A stretch of DNA of 64,000 nt from an uncultured Solirubrobacterales bacterium (GTDB lineage Bacteria; Actinomycetota; Thermoleophilia; Solirubrobacterales; Solirubrobacteraceae): the NCBI GenBank assembly GCA_963701195.1, contig OY969574.1:1884446-1948445 (forward strand). Reading direction: 5' to 3'. This document shows positions 48,333-61,112 of the stretch, piece by piece. The notes beneath the pieces were generated by a model. It had not been told where the DNA came from, made no database searches, and saw only the letters and a program-made list of their open reading frames with translations. The position numbers were made by a program, and so were the translations under genes. The stretch's first letter is position 1, and each line of letters starts with the position of its first letter.

Positions 48333-48962
48333 TCAGTCGAAGCTCCACGGCATGTCGCTCACGAGGCTTACTAACGCACTTCCTTCTATCGTAGCCGCAG
48401 CTTCACCTACTTTCAGTTCGCCAGCTGTCGTTATAAGCGCGTTGATTAATTGCAATAACCGTTCGTCTTGGCCGGTCGGCGCTAATATCGTCGCGGTACC
48501 GGTAATCGCCTGCTTGCCTTCCTCGGCACAGCCTTTTTCTTCTTCAAAGAAGAACGTGGCAAAGATAGTTTTGCCGGTATCTGGTTTGACTATCGCTTTT
48601 ACCGCTAACGCCCCATCTAAGGTTACTAAGCCTTCGATCGGGAGCGTACTGATCCGGCCATTTTGAAGCACACACTCCGCTGGCAATGATGTACATTCTG
48701 CGAATTCTAGACCGCCAGATAAGAACTTATCGGGCTCTTTGATAGTAGTATTCTCACTGAGCTGCAACTTCTTGCATGTTATTTTAGAAGTGGACCAACT
48801 TAGCGAAAAAGGCTTGTCGACGACAGTTTTCATATTTACTTGTTCTGATTCGAAAACTAATGAGCCTAATACTAACCATCCGGCTTGAGCCGAGCCCGCA
48901 GCGATCGCGCTAAAGGCGAACGCCACGAAGAACGACAAGGCGAGCACTCTTGCCCTGTCCAT
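48333..48962 (-). CDS. Small secreted 4-Cys family protein (member 6, more diverged)
   Basis: ...GSAQA|GWLVLGSLV; ends DMPWSFD; 11 TTA codons. Confidence 0.85.
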   Translation of the reverse strand: MDRARVLALSFFVAFAFSAIAAGSAQAGWLVLGSLVFESEQVNMKTVVDKPFSLSWSTSKITCKKLQLSENTTIKEPDKFLSGGLEFAECTSLPAECVLQNGRISTLPIEGLVTLDGALAVKAIVKPDTGKTIFATFFFEEEKGCAEEGKQAITGTATILAPTGQDERLLQLINALITTAGELKVGEAAATIEGSALVSLVSDMPWSFD

Positions 48963-49022
48963 ATCGCTGATCTCCTTTCGTTTTTAGTGCGGCTGCGCCC
49001 TACGCCGGCATGGGCTATCTAT

Positions 49023-49051
49023 ATGCTAGCCGAAGAGATCCAGCTTGTCAA
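49023..49051 (-). promoter_or_regulatory. SigA-type promoter of member 6
   Basis: -35 TTGACA, 17 bp, -10 TAGCAT. Confidence 0.7.
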
Positions 49052-49127
49052 CACTATTCGCTTTATCGGTATACACTGGTAGACGTGGTTGTCGTCGACG
49101 CACAGGCCGGGCCCAGGAGTCACGCTT

Positions 49128-50156
49128 CTACCGGCCGCCGGAACGCACGTCCAGCACCCGAACCCCGGGCACAGCCGCGCGCACGAGCTGCTGCAGCCGC
49201 GCCGAGTCAAAGCTGTGCGCCCGCGGCGCAACCGGGTTGACGGTCACCGCGCACAGTCGCAGCGACGCCAGCGCGCGGATCTCAAGGCCCCGCTCGCGAT
49301 ACCACCCGGGCCCGCGCTTGTCGAGGAAGACCCGCGTCGAATCGGCGACGACCAGCTCCAGCCCCCTCCCACGCGTCGCCGCAAGCAGCTCGCTCAAGAA
49401 CGGCTCGCACAGCGCACCGCCCAGCACGAGGCGCCGCGCGCGCGGATGGGCGCGCAGCAACACGACCAGCTCGGCAGCGGTGCTCGTCAACGCAAAGCGC
49501 GCCGGCAGCACGACCGGCGCCATACCGTCGTCGCCAAGCAGCACCGTGTCGCCGCCCGCCAACGCGCGCACGCTGCCGTCCTGCACGACCGGCAGTCGAA
49601 TCAGCTCCACCGCGTCACGCGTCAACGCAGCGACCCGCTCGGGCTCCTCGGCCAACACGGCGCCGGTCGCGAGCACGATGCCGTCGCAGACCGCGGGCGA
49701 GGAGGCGGCGCGGCGGTCGATCGCACCGTCGACGAGCACCAGCTCCGCGCCGTGCACGAGCATCGCGTCGGCGACCGCGCGGACCTCTTCGGCGACGCCC
49801 GGCCCCGCGACCTCAACGGCGCCCTCGCGCTCCAGGCGCGCGACCAGCACGCGCCCCAGCGGCGTACGGATACCCGTCTGCTCGACCAGCTCGAGCGGCA
49901 GTGCGCTCGCGCGCAGCAGCGCGTCGGTGCTCGCAACGAGGCTACCCGCGGCAAGCGTCACGGAAGGCTTCTCGATCCGCGCATCGATCGCGTCGCGCGC
50001 CTCGCCGTCGCGGCCGACCGAGGTCACGCCAACCGTGCGCCCCTGCGCGCGCAGCTCGCGCAGCAGCGCGTTCAGCGTTTCCGTCTTGCCTGTGTTCTTC
50101 GCCAACCCCACGATCGCGACGCGCAGCGCCGGCTCGATCAGTTCGGACAGCAGCAC
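49128..50156 (-). CDS. kamB: Lysine 5,6-aminomutase reactivase subunit KamB-like P-loop protein
   Basis: IVGLAKNTGKT, TSVGRDGE, EKP, EVAGP and LVDGAIDRRAASSPAVCDGIVLATGAV, as in clostridial KamB-family proteins (recognised from memory). Confidence 0.72.
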   Translation of the reverse strand: MLLSELIEPALRVAIVGLAKNTGKTETLNALLRELRAQGRTVGVTSVGRDGEARDAIDARIEKPSVTLAAGSLVASTDALLRASALPLELVEQTGIRTPLGRVLVARLEREGAVEVAGPGVAEEVRAVADAMLVHGAELVLVDGAIDRRAASSPAVCDGIVLATGAVLAEEPERVAALTRDAVELIRLPVVQDGSVRALAGGDTVLLGDDGMAPVVLPARFALTSTAAELVVLLRAHPRARRLVLGGALCEPFLSELLAATRGRGLELVVADSTRVFLDKRGPGWYRERGLEIRALASLRLCAVTVNPVAPRAHSFDSARLQQLVRAAVPGVRVLDVRSGGR

Positions 50157-50171
50157 AAGCGTGGAGGGTAC

Positions 50172-51077
50172 TTACCCCAGTTCCGCCAGGAGACCGCTCA
50201 GCGCCTCAATCGAGATCTCCGGCGACGCATCATCGCGGTCCGCCGCCATCCTCCCCAACGACGCGAGGATCTTCTCCACGGTATTGGACTCGCTGAAGAT
50301 CTGGAAGAACTTGAGCCACGCATAGAGCGGGATGCCCGACAGCTCCGTCTGGAGGGTCGCGTCGATATAGCCGTCACGGTGGAAGAGCTTGGTCCTGGCG
50401 ATGCGTCCGAAGTTGCCTGCGTCCCGTGCTGGAACATCAGCGATCAGATCGGACTTAATCGGATAGTGGCCTTCATGGTCCGAGACCCTGATCGTCGGGT
50501 CTCCTTTGGTGGCTCGCTCGTACTGCCACCACCAGTTGCGGTATTCGGCCGCGTAGCGCGCGGAGGCCACATAGGGCTCGAAGAGGATCGGCGCGCCTGA
50601 GATCACCGCCGAAAGCGCCCATGGGAAGACCACGAGCAAGTCCTGTGGCGCCGCAGCCTTCGGTGTGGTCGTGTAGCGGAAGCTCGGCACGCCCTCCTTC
50701 GCGAGCACGTACCAGCCCTTCAACTCGATCCCCATGATCGGAGTCGTTGGCACGTGTGGCGGGGCAGCGGGCTTGAGCACGACATCGGGGAAGGTCTGCG
50801 ACTGCCGTACGAACCTAAGATTGGCGTAGTTGCCGTCCTTATCCCAGGTAGCGTCCCGTATGGCGTTCAATCCGGCGACGACCTGCTCCTCGATCGTGGC
50901 ACCGAGGGAAGTGTTGAACGCGTGGAGGTCGGTGGCGCGCACCCCGGAGATGACCAGATCGGACTTGAAGAGCGACGGGAGGACTTGCAGCGCATCCCGC
51001 ACCGCAGCGCCCAGCTCCCGATACTCCCAACTCTCGGGTGGCCCTGTCTCCTCAGGCGGATCTGGCTTGGATACCAT
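50172..51077 (-). CDS. Probable type II restriction endonuclease (PD-(D/E)XK)
   Basis: FPDVVL...MGIELKGW catalytic pattern; overlaps and follows a DNA methyltransferase gene. Confidence 0.65.
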   Translation of the reverse strand: MVSKPDPPEETGPPESWEYRELGAAVRDALQVLPSLFKSDLVISGVRATDLHAFNTSLGATIEEQVVAGLNAIRDATWDKDGNYANLRFVRQSQTFPDVVLKPAAPPHVPTTPIMGIELKGWYVLAKEGVPSFRYTTTPKAAAPQDLLVVFPWALSAVISGAPILFEPYVASARYAAEYRNWWWQYERATKGDPTIRVSDHEGHYPIKSDLIADVPARDAGNFGRIARTKLFHRDGYIDATLQTELSGIPLYAWLKFFQIFSESNTVEKILASLGRMAADRDDASPEISIEALSGLLAELG

Positions 51078-52146
51078 TGCGAGCAGTGCGCGAGCGACTG
51101 TGTTTGGCCTCTTGCCTAACCCTCTGAGAGGCTACGGCGAAGACTGCGGGGTCCATCTCGGCGGCGTAGCAGCGACGCCCGGCGCGCAGCGACGCGATGA
51201 CGCCCGAACAGAGTCCCCCGAAGGGCTCCCACACCGTGTCGCCGGGATCGGTAGACGCACGGATGCTGAGATCGATCAGCCGCAGCGGCTTTTGACTGGA
51301 GTGAAGGACCTTGACGCCCTCCTTTAGGCGCTCGCTTCCGCGGACGGGGGGCTCCTGCCAAACGTTGGTGATGCCGTGTACATGGTGCCACTTTGCGCGC
51401 ATCCGGGTCCACTTTGCAGCCGTCACATGGGTCTTTCCGTCGATCGAGAAATAGGGCTGGTCCGTTGGCTGGCCGTGCCGGTTCGCGTAGAAGGCCAAAC
51501 GCTCCACCATCTCTGGCGGCGGAAAGTACCAAAGATGGTCCTTTGTGAAGTACTTGCGCGTCGCAGCGTTCTTGACGCCGCACGCCTCGTTCGTCAGGTA
51601 GAGCGGCAGGCTAGACCGCTCCCACTCGGCGCGCAGCCACTCCTTGATCGGAAGCAGCTCTCCGTGGCCCGTGCGCAGCTCGGCGCGGCGCGTGTAGTGC
51701 ACGCAGATCTCGGTCACTACAGGGAAACGACGGATGGTGGTGCCGTTAACGTTGCCCGCGATATGGCCGACGCCCTTGTTCCACACGTGTGTCGTGCGGT
51801 AATCCCAGCCGTGAAGGTCGAGCACGGGATGGACGATCGCCCAAGAGATCTCCGTGCCCCAGAACCAGAGCGAAGTCTCGGGCGTCGCGTAGCGTGCCCA
51901 TTGTGCCGCATGCGGTGCGTACCACTCGGGCAGTCGATCGGGCGTTGGTGGATCGCCCCGGAAACCACCGACACCGTACGGCCCGTCGACGACAAGCGCC
52001 GTCGGGGCAGGCCAGTCGGCGTAGCACTCCATTGCGTCGGCGCACTCGACCAACGCGTCGCCAAAGACCGCCCGCTTTCGGCCGCCGGTGGGGCCACGGC
52101 TCCGTGCCGCACGGCTGCGAGATAGCGAGCGGATAGAAGTGTTCAT
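51052..52146 (-). CDS. Beta-class amino (N6-A/N4-C) DNA methyltransferase
   Basis: Motif IV variant VDGPY at the N-terminus, motif I variant VWEPFGG at the C-terminus; true start may be further downstream. Confidence 0.82.
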   Translation of the reverse strand: MNTSIRSLSRSRAARSRGPTGGRKRAVFGDALVECADAMECYADWPAPTALVVDGPYGVGGFRGDPPTPDRLPEWYAPHAAQWARYATPETSLWFWGTEISWAIVHPVLDLHGWDYRTTHVWNKGVGHIAGNVNGTTIRRFPVVTEICVHYTRRAELRTGHGELLPIKEWLRAEWERSSLPLYLTNEACGVKNAATRKYFTKDHLWYFPPPEMVERLAFYANRHGQPTDQPYFSIDGKTHVTAAKWTRMRAKWHHVHGITNVWQEPPVRGSERLKEGVKVLHSSQKPLRLIDLSIRASTDPGDTVWEPFGGLCSGVIASLRAGRRCYAAEMDPAVFAVASQRVRQEAKHSRSRTARNGIQARSA

Positions 52147-52211
52147 CCGTCGGTTTCTACCTCACATGGCGGCGGCGTCAAATCTGCTACGCTGCGACTT
52201 AGATTTCGCGC

Positions 52212-54917
<2,706 letters not shown>

Positions 54918-55024
54918 AACGACAGTGCGCGAGCCGTTCGACCGCGGCTCGATCGAAGACGAGGGGCCCGGCTCGGCGGCCTCCGGCCGGCGGCGCCACC
55001 CTCAAGACGCGGGAGGAGTCTCCG

Positions 55025-55309
55025 ATGCCCACCTACATCATGCTCGCCAACCTGACCCCGGAGGGCGTGCAGACCGTCAAGAACAACCCCAAGCGCATCC
55101 ACGAGGTCAACCGGGAGGTCGAGCAGCTAGGCGCGAAGGTCACCGCGCAGTGGGCGACGCTCGGGCGCTTCGACTTCCTCTCGATCGTGCAGGCCCCCGA
55201 CGAGCAGACGATGGCGCGCGTCTCGCTCGAGCTGGGCTCGCGCGGCACCGTGCGCTACGAGACGCTTGCGGCGATCCCCGTCGACGACTTCGTCGCCTCG
55301 CTGGGATGA
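55025..55309 (+). CDS. GYD domain protein (94 aa)
   Basis: [14 protein letters not shown]...WATLGRFDF...ETLAA; GGAGG RBS. Confidence 0.85.
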   Translation: MPTYIMLANLTPEGVQTVKNNPKRIHEVNREVEQLGAKVTAQWATLGRFDFLSIVQAPDEQTMARVSLELGSRGTVRYETLAAIPVDDFVASLG

Positions 55310-56691
55310 AGGTCCTCGTCGTCGGCGGCGGCGGCCGCGAGCACGCGATCGTCAACTCGCTCGCCCGCCGGGCCAGGGAGGAGGAACTCGAGCTGCTGTG
55401 CGCGCCCGGCAACCCCGGCATCGCCGAGCACGCGCGACTGCTCGAGATCGCCGCCGACGACGTGGCGGGGCTGCTCGCCGCGGTCGAGCGCGAGGGCGTG
55501 CACTTCACCGTCGTCGGCCCCGAGGCGCCGCTCGTCGCCGGGCTCGTCGACGAGCTGGAGGGCCGCGGGCGCCTCGCGTTCGGGCCGAGCGCCGCGGCGG
55601 CGCGGCTGGAGGGCTCGAAGGCATTCGCCAAGGAGGTCATGGAGCAGGCCGGCGTGCCGACCGCGCGCTGGCGCGCGACGCGCTCGCTGCAGGACGGGCT
55701 CGCGGCCCTCGGCGAGCTGTGCGGTGAGCGCGGCGTCGTCGTCAAGGCCGACGGCCTCGCCGCCGGCAAGGGCGTGACGGTCGCCGACACGCGCGAGCAG
55801 GCCGAGCAGGCGCTGCGCGAGATCTTCGTCGAGGGGCGCTTCGGCGCGCAAGACGCCTGCGCGGTCGTCGAAGAACGCCTGCAGGGCCGCGAGCTGTCGC
55901 TGATCGCGCTGTGCGACGGCGAGCACGCGTGCACGCTCTCCTCCGCGCGCGACTACAAGCGGGTGGGCGAGGGCGACACGGGGCCGAACACGGGCGGCAT
56001 GGGCGCCTGCTCGCCGGTGCCGGGGCTCGACGAGGACGACGAGTGGATCCTCACCGAAGAGATCTTCCAGCCGCTGCTGTACGTGATGAAAGAGCGCGGC
56101 ACGCCCTTTCGCGGCGTGCTCTACGCAGGCCTGATGCTGACCGCCGAGGGCCCCAGGGTGCTCGAGCTGAACGTGCGCTTCGGCGATCCCGAGGCGCAGG
56201 CGATCCTGCCGCGCCTGCGGCACAGCCTGCTCGACCTGATGCTGCGCGCGACGCGCCCCGGCGGGCTGTTCAAAGCGCTCGACGAGGAGGACGCCTACGA
56301 GTGGGGGTGGGACACCGCCGTGACGGTCGTGCTGGCGAGCGCCGGCTACCCCGCCTCGTCCTCGCACGGCGACCCGATCGCGGGGCTCGACCGTGTGCCC
56401 GACGGCGTCGTCGTCACGCACGCCGGTACCGCGCGCACCGAGGCGGGGCTGGTGAGCGCGGGCGGGCGCGTGCTCAACGTCACCGGGTTCGGCGGCGACG
56501 TGCAGGCCGCGCGCGAGTCCGCGTATGCTGCCGCGCAGATGATCGAGTTCCCCGGCAAGCAGCTGCGCGGCGACATCGCGTCCGGCATCGAGGACGAATA
56601 CAGCGGCCCGGACATGCCCTCGCTGAAAGCGTGGATGGAGGCGATCGTGGCCGCCGACGTGGCCGAGCACCAGGCGGCCGAACGTGGGTGA
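55306..56691 (+). CDS. purD: Phosphoribosylamine--glycine ligase
   Basis: [54 protein letters not shown]; start ATG 55306. Confidence 0.96.
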   Translation: MKVLVVGGGGREHAIVNSLARRAREEELELLCAPGNPGIAEHARLLEIAADDVAGLLAAVEREGVHFTVVGPEAPLVAGLVDELEGRGRLAFGPSAAAARLEGSKAFAKEVMEQAGVPTARWRATRSLQDGLAALGELCGERGVVVKADGLAAGKGVTVADTREQAEQALREIFVEGRFGAQDACAVVEERLQGRELSLIALCDGEHACTLSSARDYKRVGEGDTGPNTGGMGACSPVPGLDEDDEWILTEEIFQPLLYVMKERGTPFRGVLYAGLMLTAEGPRVLELNVRFGDPEAQAILPRLRHSLLDLMLRATRPGGLFKALDEEDAYEWGWDTAVTVVLASAGYPASSSHGDPIAGLDRVPDGVVVTHAGTARTEAGLVSAGGRVLNVTGFGGDVQAARESAYAAAQMIEFPGKQLRGDIASGIEDEYSGPDMPSLKAWMEAIVAADVAEHQAAERG

Positions 56692-57165
56692 GGTGGCCCC
56701 GCTCGCGCCGCGCCTCAGCGAGACCGAGACGGAGGTGCGCGCCCAGCTGGAGGAGCTGGACGCCGACGCGCCGCGCGTCGGCATCGTGATGGGCTCCGAA
56801 AGCGACATGGAGACGATGAAGAAGGCCGCCGCGGAGTTGGAATCGCGCGGCATCCTGCACGAGCTGCGCGTGATGTCCGCGCACCGCGAACCCAACGTCG
56901 TCGCCGAATACGCCAAGAACGCACAGCTGCGCGGCCTGCGCGCGATCATCGCCGGCGCCGGCATCTCCGCTGCGCTGCCCGGCGCCGTCGCCGCGCACAC
57001 CGACCTGCCCGTGATCGGCGTCCCCCTCTCCGGCCGCCTCACCGCCGCCGGCGGCCTCGACGCGATCCTCTCGATCGTGCAGATGCCCCCGGGCGTGCCG
57101 GTAGCCTGCGTAGGCCTCGACAACGCGCGCAACGCGGCGATCCTCGCCGCGCAAATCCTGAACGC

Positions 57166-57169
<4 letters not shown>
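56684..57169 (+). CDS. purE: N5-CAIR mutase
   Basis: [42 protein letters not shown]. Confidence 0.95.
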
Positions 57170-58461
<1,292 letters not shown>

Positions 58462-58498
58462 GGGACAGACCGGCCGAGCCTCCATTCACGCCGGACCT

Positions 58499-58674
58499 CC
58501 ATCGCCCGTGCGAGCGGCGCGGGCCCCCATTCGCCCGTGCGAGCGGCACATGCGTCCATTCGTCCCGGTGCGAGCGGCGCGGGCGTCCATTCGTCCCGGT
58601 GCGAGCGGCACATGCGTCCATTCGTCCCGGTGCGAGCGGCGCGGGCCTCCGTTCGCCCGTGCGAGCCCCGCGGG
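58499..58674. repeat. Tandem array of six 28-31-bp units with alternating tails
   Basis: CCATTCG(T)CCC(G)GTGCGAGCGGC followed alternately by GCGGGC or ACATGC; units at 58499, 58527, 58556, 58587, 58618 and 58649. Confidence 0.9.
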
Positions 58675-58723
58675 TCTTGCTTGGTGGTAGGTCGTTATGG
58701 TTCGCCGCGAGAGCCAAGGGCGA

Positions 58724-58772
58724 ATAAATCACATCTGATGCAGCGGGCTGCCTTGCATCACGTCTGATTTAT
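58724..58772. promoter_or_regulatory. AT-rich imperfect palindrome at the left edge of the defence island (putative operator or recombination site)
   Basis: ATAAATCA-catc-TGATGCA-(11 bp)-TGCATCA-cgtc-TGATTTAT. Confidence 0.45.
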
Positions 58773-58924
58773 AAGGCATGGTGGGCGGTGGAACGATTCG
58801 TTTCACCGCGCGAGGTTGCGGAGCGGATCAGACAGTTGCAGGCCGGGCTAAAATCGAGCGCGCCATCCATGTATACATCGGCACCTGCCGTGCTGGATGA
58901 AACCGCGGCCGAGGAGCAGCGAGG

Positions 58925-59251
58925 GTGAACGCGGTCGCCGCAGAGGCGATGATCGAGCGCGCGGGCCGCGCCTTGATCGATGCCGCGCCAGCGCCGGCCA
59001 AGGTGATCCTGTTCGGCTCACACGTCCGCGGCGACGCCGGCGAGGACAGTGACTTCGATTTCCTGGTCATCGAGGAGACAGTCCCGAATCGCCTCGCCGA
59101 GGCGGTCGGGCTCCGTGATGCTCTCGGAGATTTCAACGCGCCTGTCGACGTGATCGTCATGGACGCCGCGCTCGCCGAGCGGCGAGCGAAGGTGCGGGGC
59201 ACGATGGTGCACCGAGCCCTGCGCGAGGGTCGTGTTCTTGCCGAGTCCTGA
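58925..59251 (+). CDS. Minimal nucleotidyltransferase (MNT) antitoxin
   Basis: VILFGSHVRGDAGEDSDFDFLVI (GS...DxD). Confidence 0.88.
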   Translation: MNAVAAEAMIERAGRALIDAAPAPAKVILFGSHVRGDAGEDSDFDFLVIEETVPNRLAEAVGLRDALGDFNAPVDVIVMDAALAERRAKVRGTMVHRALREGRVLAES

Positions 59252-59458
59252 GCAGATCGAGTACGCCGAGCTGCTGCTGCGCCGGGCCAACGGTGACCTC
59301 CAAGCCCGATCGCGTTGGATCGCGTCGCCGCGCTCGAAGCGGCCGAGAGCGCGACCGATTGGGCGGCGTCGCTGCTTGCCGACGCGAAGCGCCCACAACC
59401 CGATCCCACCTCTGGGAACGAATCTCGGGAGGAAGCTCCACCAGCCGCCGAGCCCTAG
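59232..59458 (+). pseudogene. HEPN toxin gene with an internal, frame-breaking deletion
   Basis: N-terminus PSPEQIEYAELLLRRANGDLQA joined out of frame near 59306 to PIALDRVAALEAAESATDWAASLL; no Rx4-6H core. Confidence 0.65.
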
Positions 59459-59531
59459 AATCAGCCGGGCGGCGGCAGGATAGCCGCATGGCTCGATTCC
59501 GCGACGCGTGATGTAGCGCTACGGTTCGGCC

Positions 59532-61112
59532 GTGTTTTCGCAGGCAACGGACAATGATGGCCCGAATGGCGCGGCGCTGTTCGAGGCGTGCAACAAGTTG
59601 CGCGGCTCGGTCGAGTCGGCCGAGTACAAGCACCTTGTCCTCGGGCTGATCTTCCTGAAGTACATCTCCGACTCCTTCGAGCACCGCCGCCGCGAGCTTG
59701 AAGCCGAACTTGCGGACCCGTCCAGCGCGGCATACGTCGCCGATGAGGCTCAACGGCGGGCCGAGCTTGACGACCGCGACGCATACTTGGAGAAGGACGT
59801 CTTCTGGGTCCCCGAGAGCGCGCGCTGGGAGGCGTTGCTTCAAGCAGCCTCCCAGCCGGAGATCGCCAAGCGGATCGACGGCGCGCTCGAGGCGATCGAG
59901 CGCGAGAACCCGCCGTTGCGCGACGTGCTGCCGCGCATCTACGTACGCGCACCGCTGTCGGCGCAGTTGATGGGTTCGCTAGTAGAGACGATCGCCAAGA
60001 TCGGCTTTGGGAAGGACCCGCGTGAAGCGCGCGACATCCTCGGACGGACCTACGAGTACTTCATCAAGGAGTTCGCGCGTGCCGAGGGCCATCGCGGTGG
60101 GGAGTTCTTCACGCCCGCGCCGGTGGCCCGCCTGCTGGTCGAGATGCTTGAGCCGTATCGCGGGCGGGTGCTCGACCCCGCATGCGGCTCGTGCGGGCTG
60201 TTCGTGCAGTCGGCGAAGTTCGTCGAGGCGCATGGGGGCCGCCCGAAGGAGATCTCCGTCTACGGCCAGGAGCGAAACCGCGCCACCTGGCGGATCGGGC
60301 GCATGAACCTCGCGATCCACGGGCTCTCTGGCGAGGTCAAGTGCCCGGAGGGCGGTTCGCTGCTGGACGACGCCTTCCCTCGCCTGAAGGCTGACTTCGT
60401 GATGGCCAATCCTCCCTTCAACCAATCGGAGTGGTCAACGCCTGCGGTCCTCGACGACGCGCGCTGGAAGCACGGTGCTCCGCCAACCGGCAATGCCAAC
60501 TACGCCTGGATTCAACACTTCCTGCACCACCTCGCCCGCGATGGGCGCGCGGGCTTCGTGATGGCGAATGGCTCGCTCACGACGATGAGCAGCGGTGAGG
60601 GCAAGATTCGTGAGAGCTTGATCCGGGCTGATGTCGTGGACTGCATCGTCGCGCTCCCGGCACAGCTTTTCTATACGACCGGCATCCCGGTCTGCCTCTG
60701 GTTTCTGGACCGTAACAAGGCGTCGTCCACCGAGCGTGACCGCCGTGACGAGACTCTGTTCATCGACGCTCGCCAGATGGGCCGCAAGATCACCCGCACG
60801 CAGATCGAGCTGACCGACGAGGAGATCGAGAAGACCGCCACGACCTACCACAATTGGCGCGGCAGTACGGGCGAGGACTACGATGACGTGCCCGGCTTCT
60901 GCAAGGGCAGCGACCTTAGCGATATCGAGGCAGCGGGTTTCACACTCTCACCCGGCCGTTACGTAGGCGCTCCGGATTCCGAGGAGGACGCGGTCGCGTT
61001 CGAGGAGAAGATGGCGACACTCGTGGACGAGCTTGCCGACGAGATGGCGGAGAACCAGCGATTGTCGGGAGAGGTCAAGGATGCACTGGCGAGGGCAGGT
61101 TACGAGTTGTGA
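59532..61112 (+). CDS. hsdM: Type I R-M methyltransferase subunit
   Basis: KLRG...YKHLVLGLIFLKYISD, GEFFTP, LDPACGS, MANPPFN. Confidence 0.95.
   Translation: MFSQATDNDGPNGAALFEACNKLRGSVESAEYKHLVLGLIFLKYISDSFEHRRRELEAELADPSSAAYVADEAQRRAELDDRDAYLEKDVFWVPESARWEALLQAASQPEIAKRIDGALEAIERENPPLRDVLPRIYVRAPLSAQLMGSLVETIAKIGFGKDPREARDILGRTYEYFIKEFARAEGHRGGEFFTPAPVARLLVEMLEPYRGRVLDPACGSCGLFVQSAKFVEAHGGRPKEISVYGQERNRATWRIGRMNLAIHGLSGEVKCPEGGSLLDDAFPRLKADFVMANPPFNQSEWSTPAVLDDARWKHGAPPTGNANYAWIQHFLHHLARDGRAGFVMANGSLTTMSSGEGKIRESLIRADVVDCIVALPAQLFYTTGIPVCLWFLDRNKASSTERDRRDETLFIDARQMGRKITRTQIELTDEEIEKTATTYHNWRGSTGEDYDDVPGFCKGSDLSDIEAAGFTLSPGRYVGAPDSEEDAVAFEEKMATLVDELADEMAENQRLSGEVKDALARAGYEL

Larger units (their letters stand above)
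26758..49051 (-). other. Accessory island of secreted/surface-protein genes with lower GC than the flanks
   Basis: All genes on the minus strand, most with signal peptides or lipoboxes; segments of roughly 45-60% GC by eye; internal duplication. Confidence 0.75.

Noticed and set aside
38005-48962. Diversity-generating retroelement (TR/VR pairs)
   Set aside because: Differences between paralogs are mostly synonymous and not adenine-specific; no reverse transcriptase in the window
52178-52206. HspR (HAIR) operator upstream of clpB
   Set aside because: AATCTGCT...ACTTAGATT matches CTTGAGT-N7-ACTCAAG too weakly
58499-58674. CRISPR array
   Set aside because: The variable part is only ~7 bp and alternates between two sequences; no spacers
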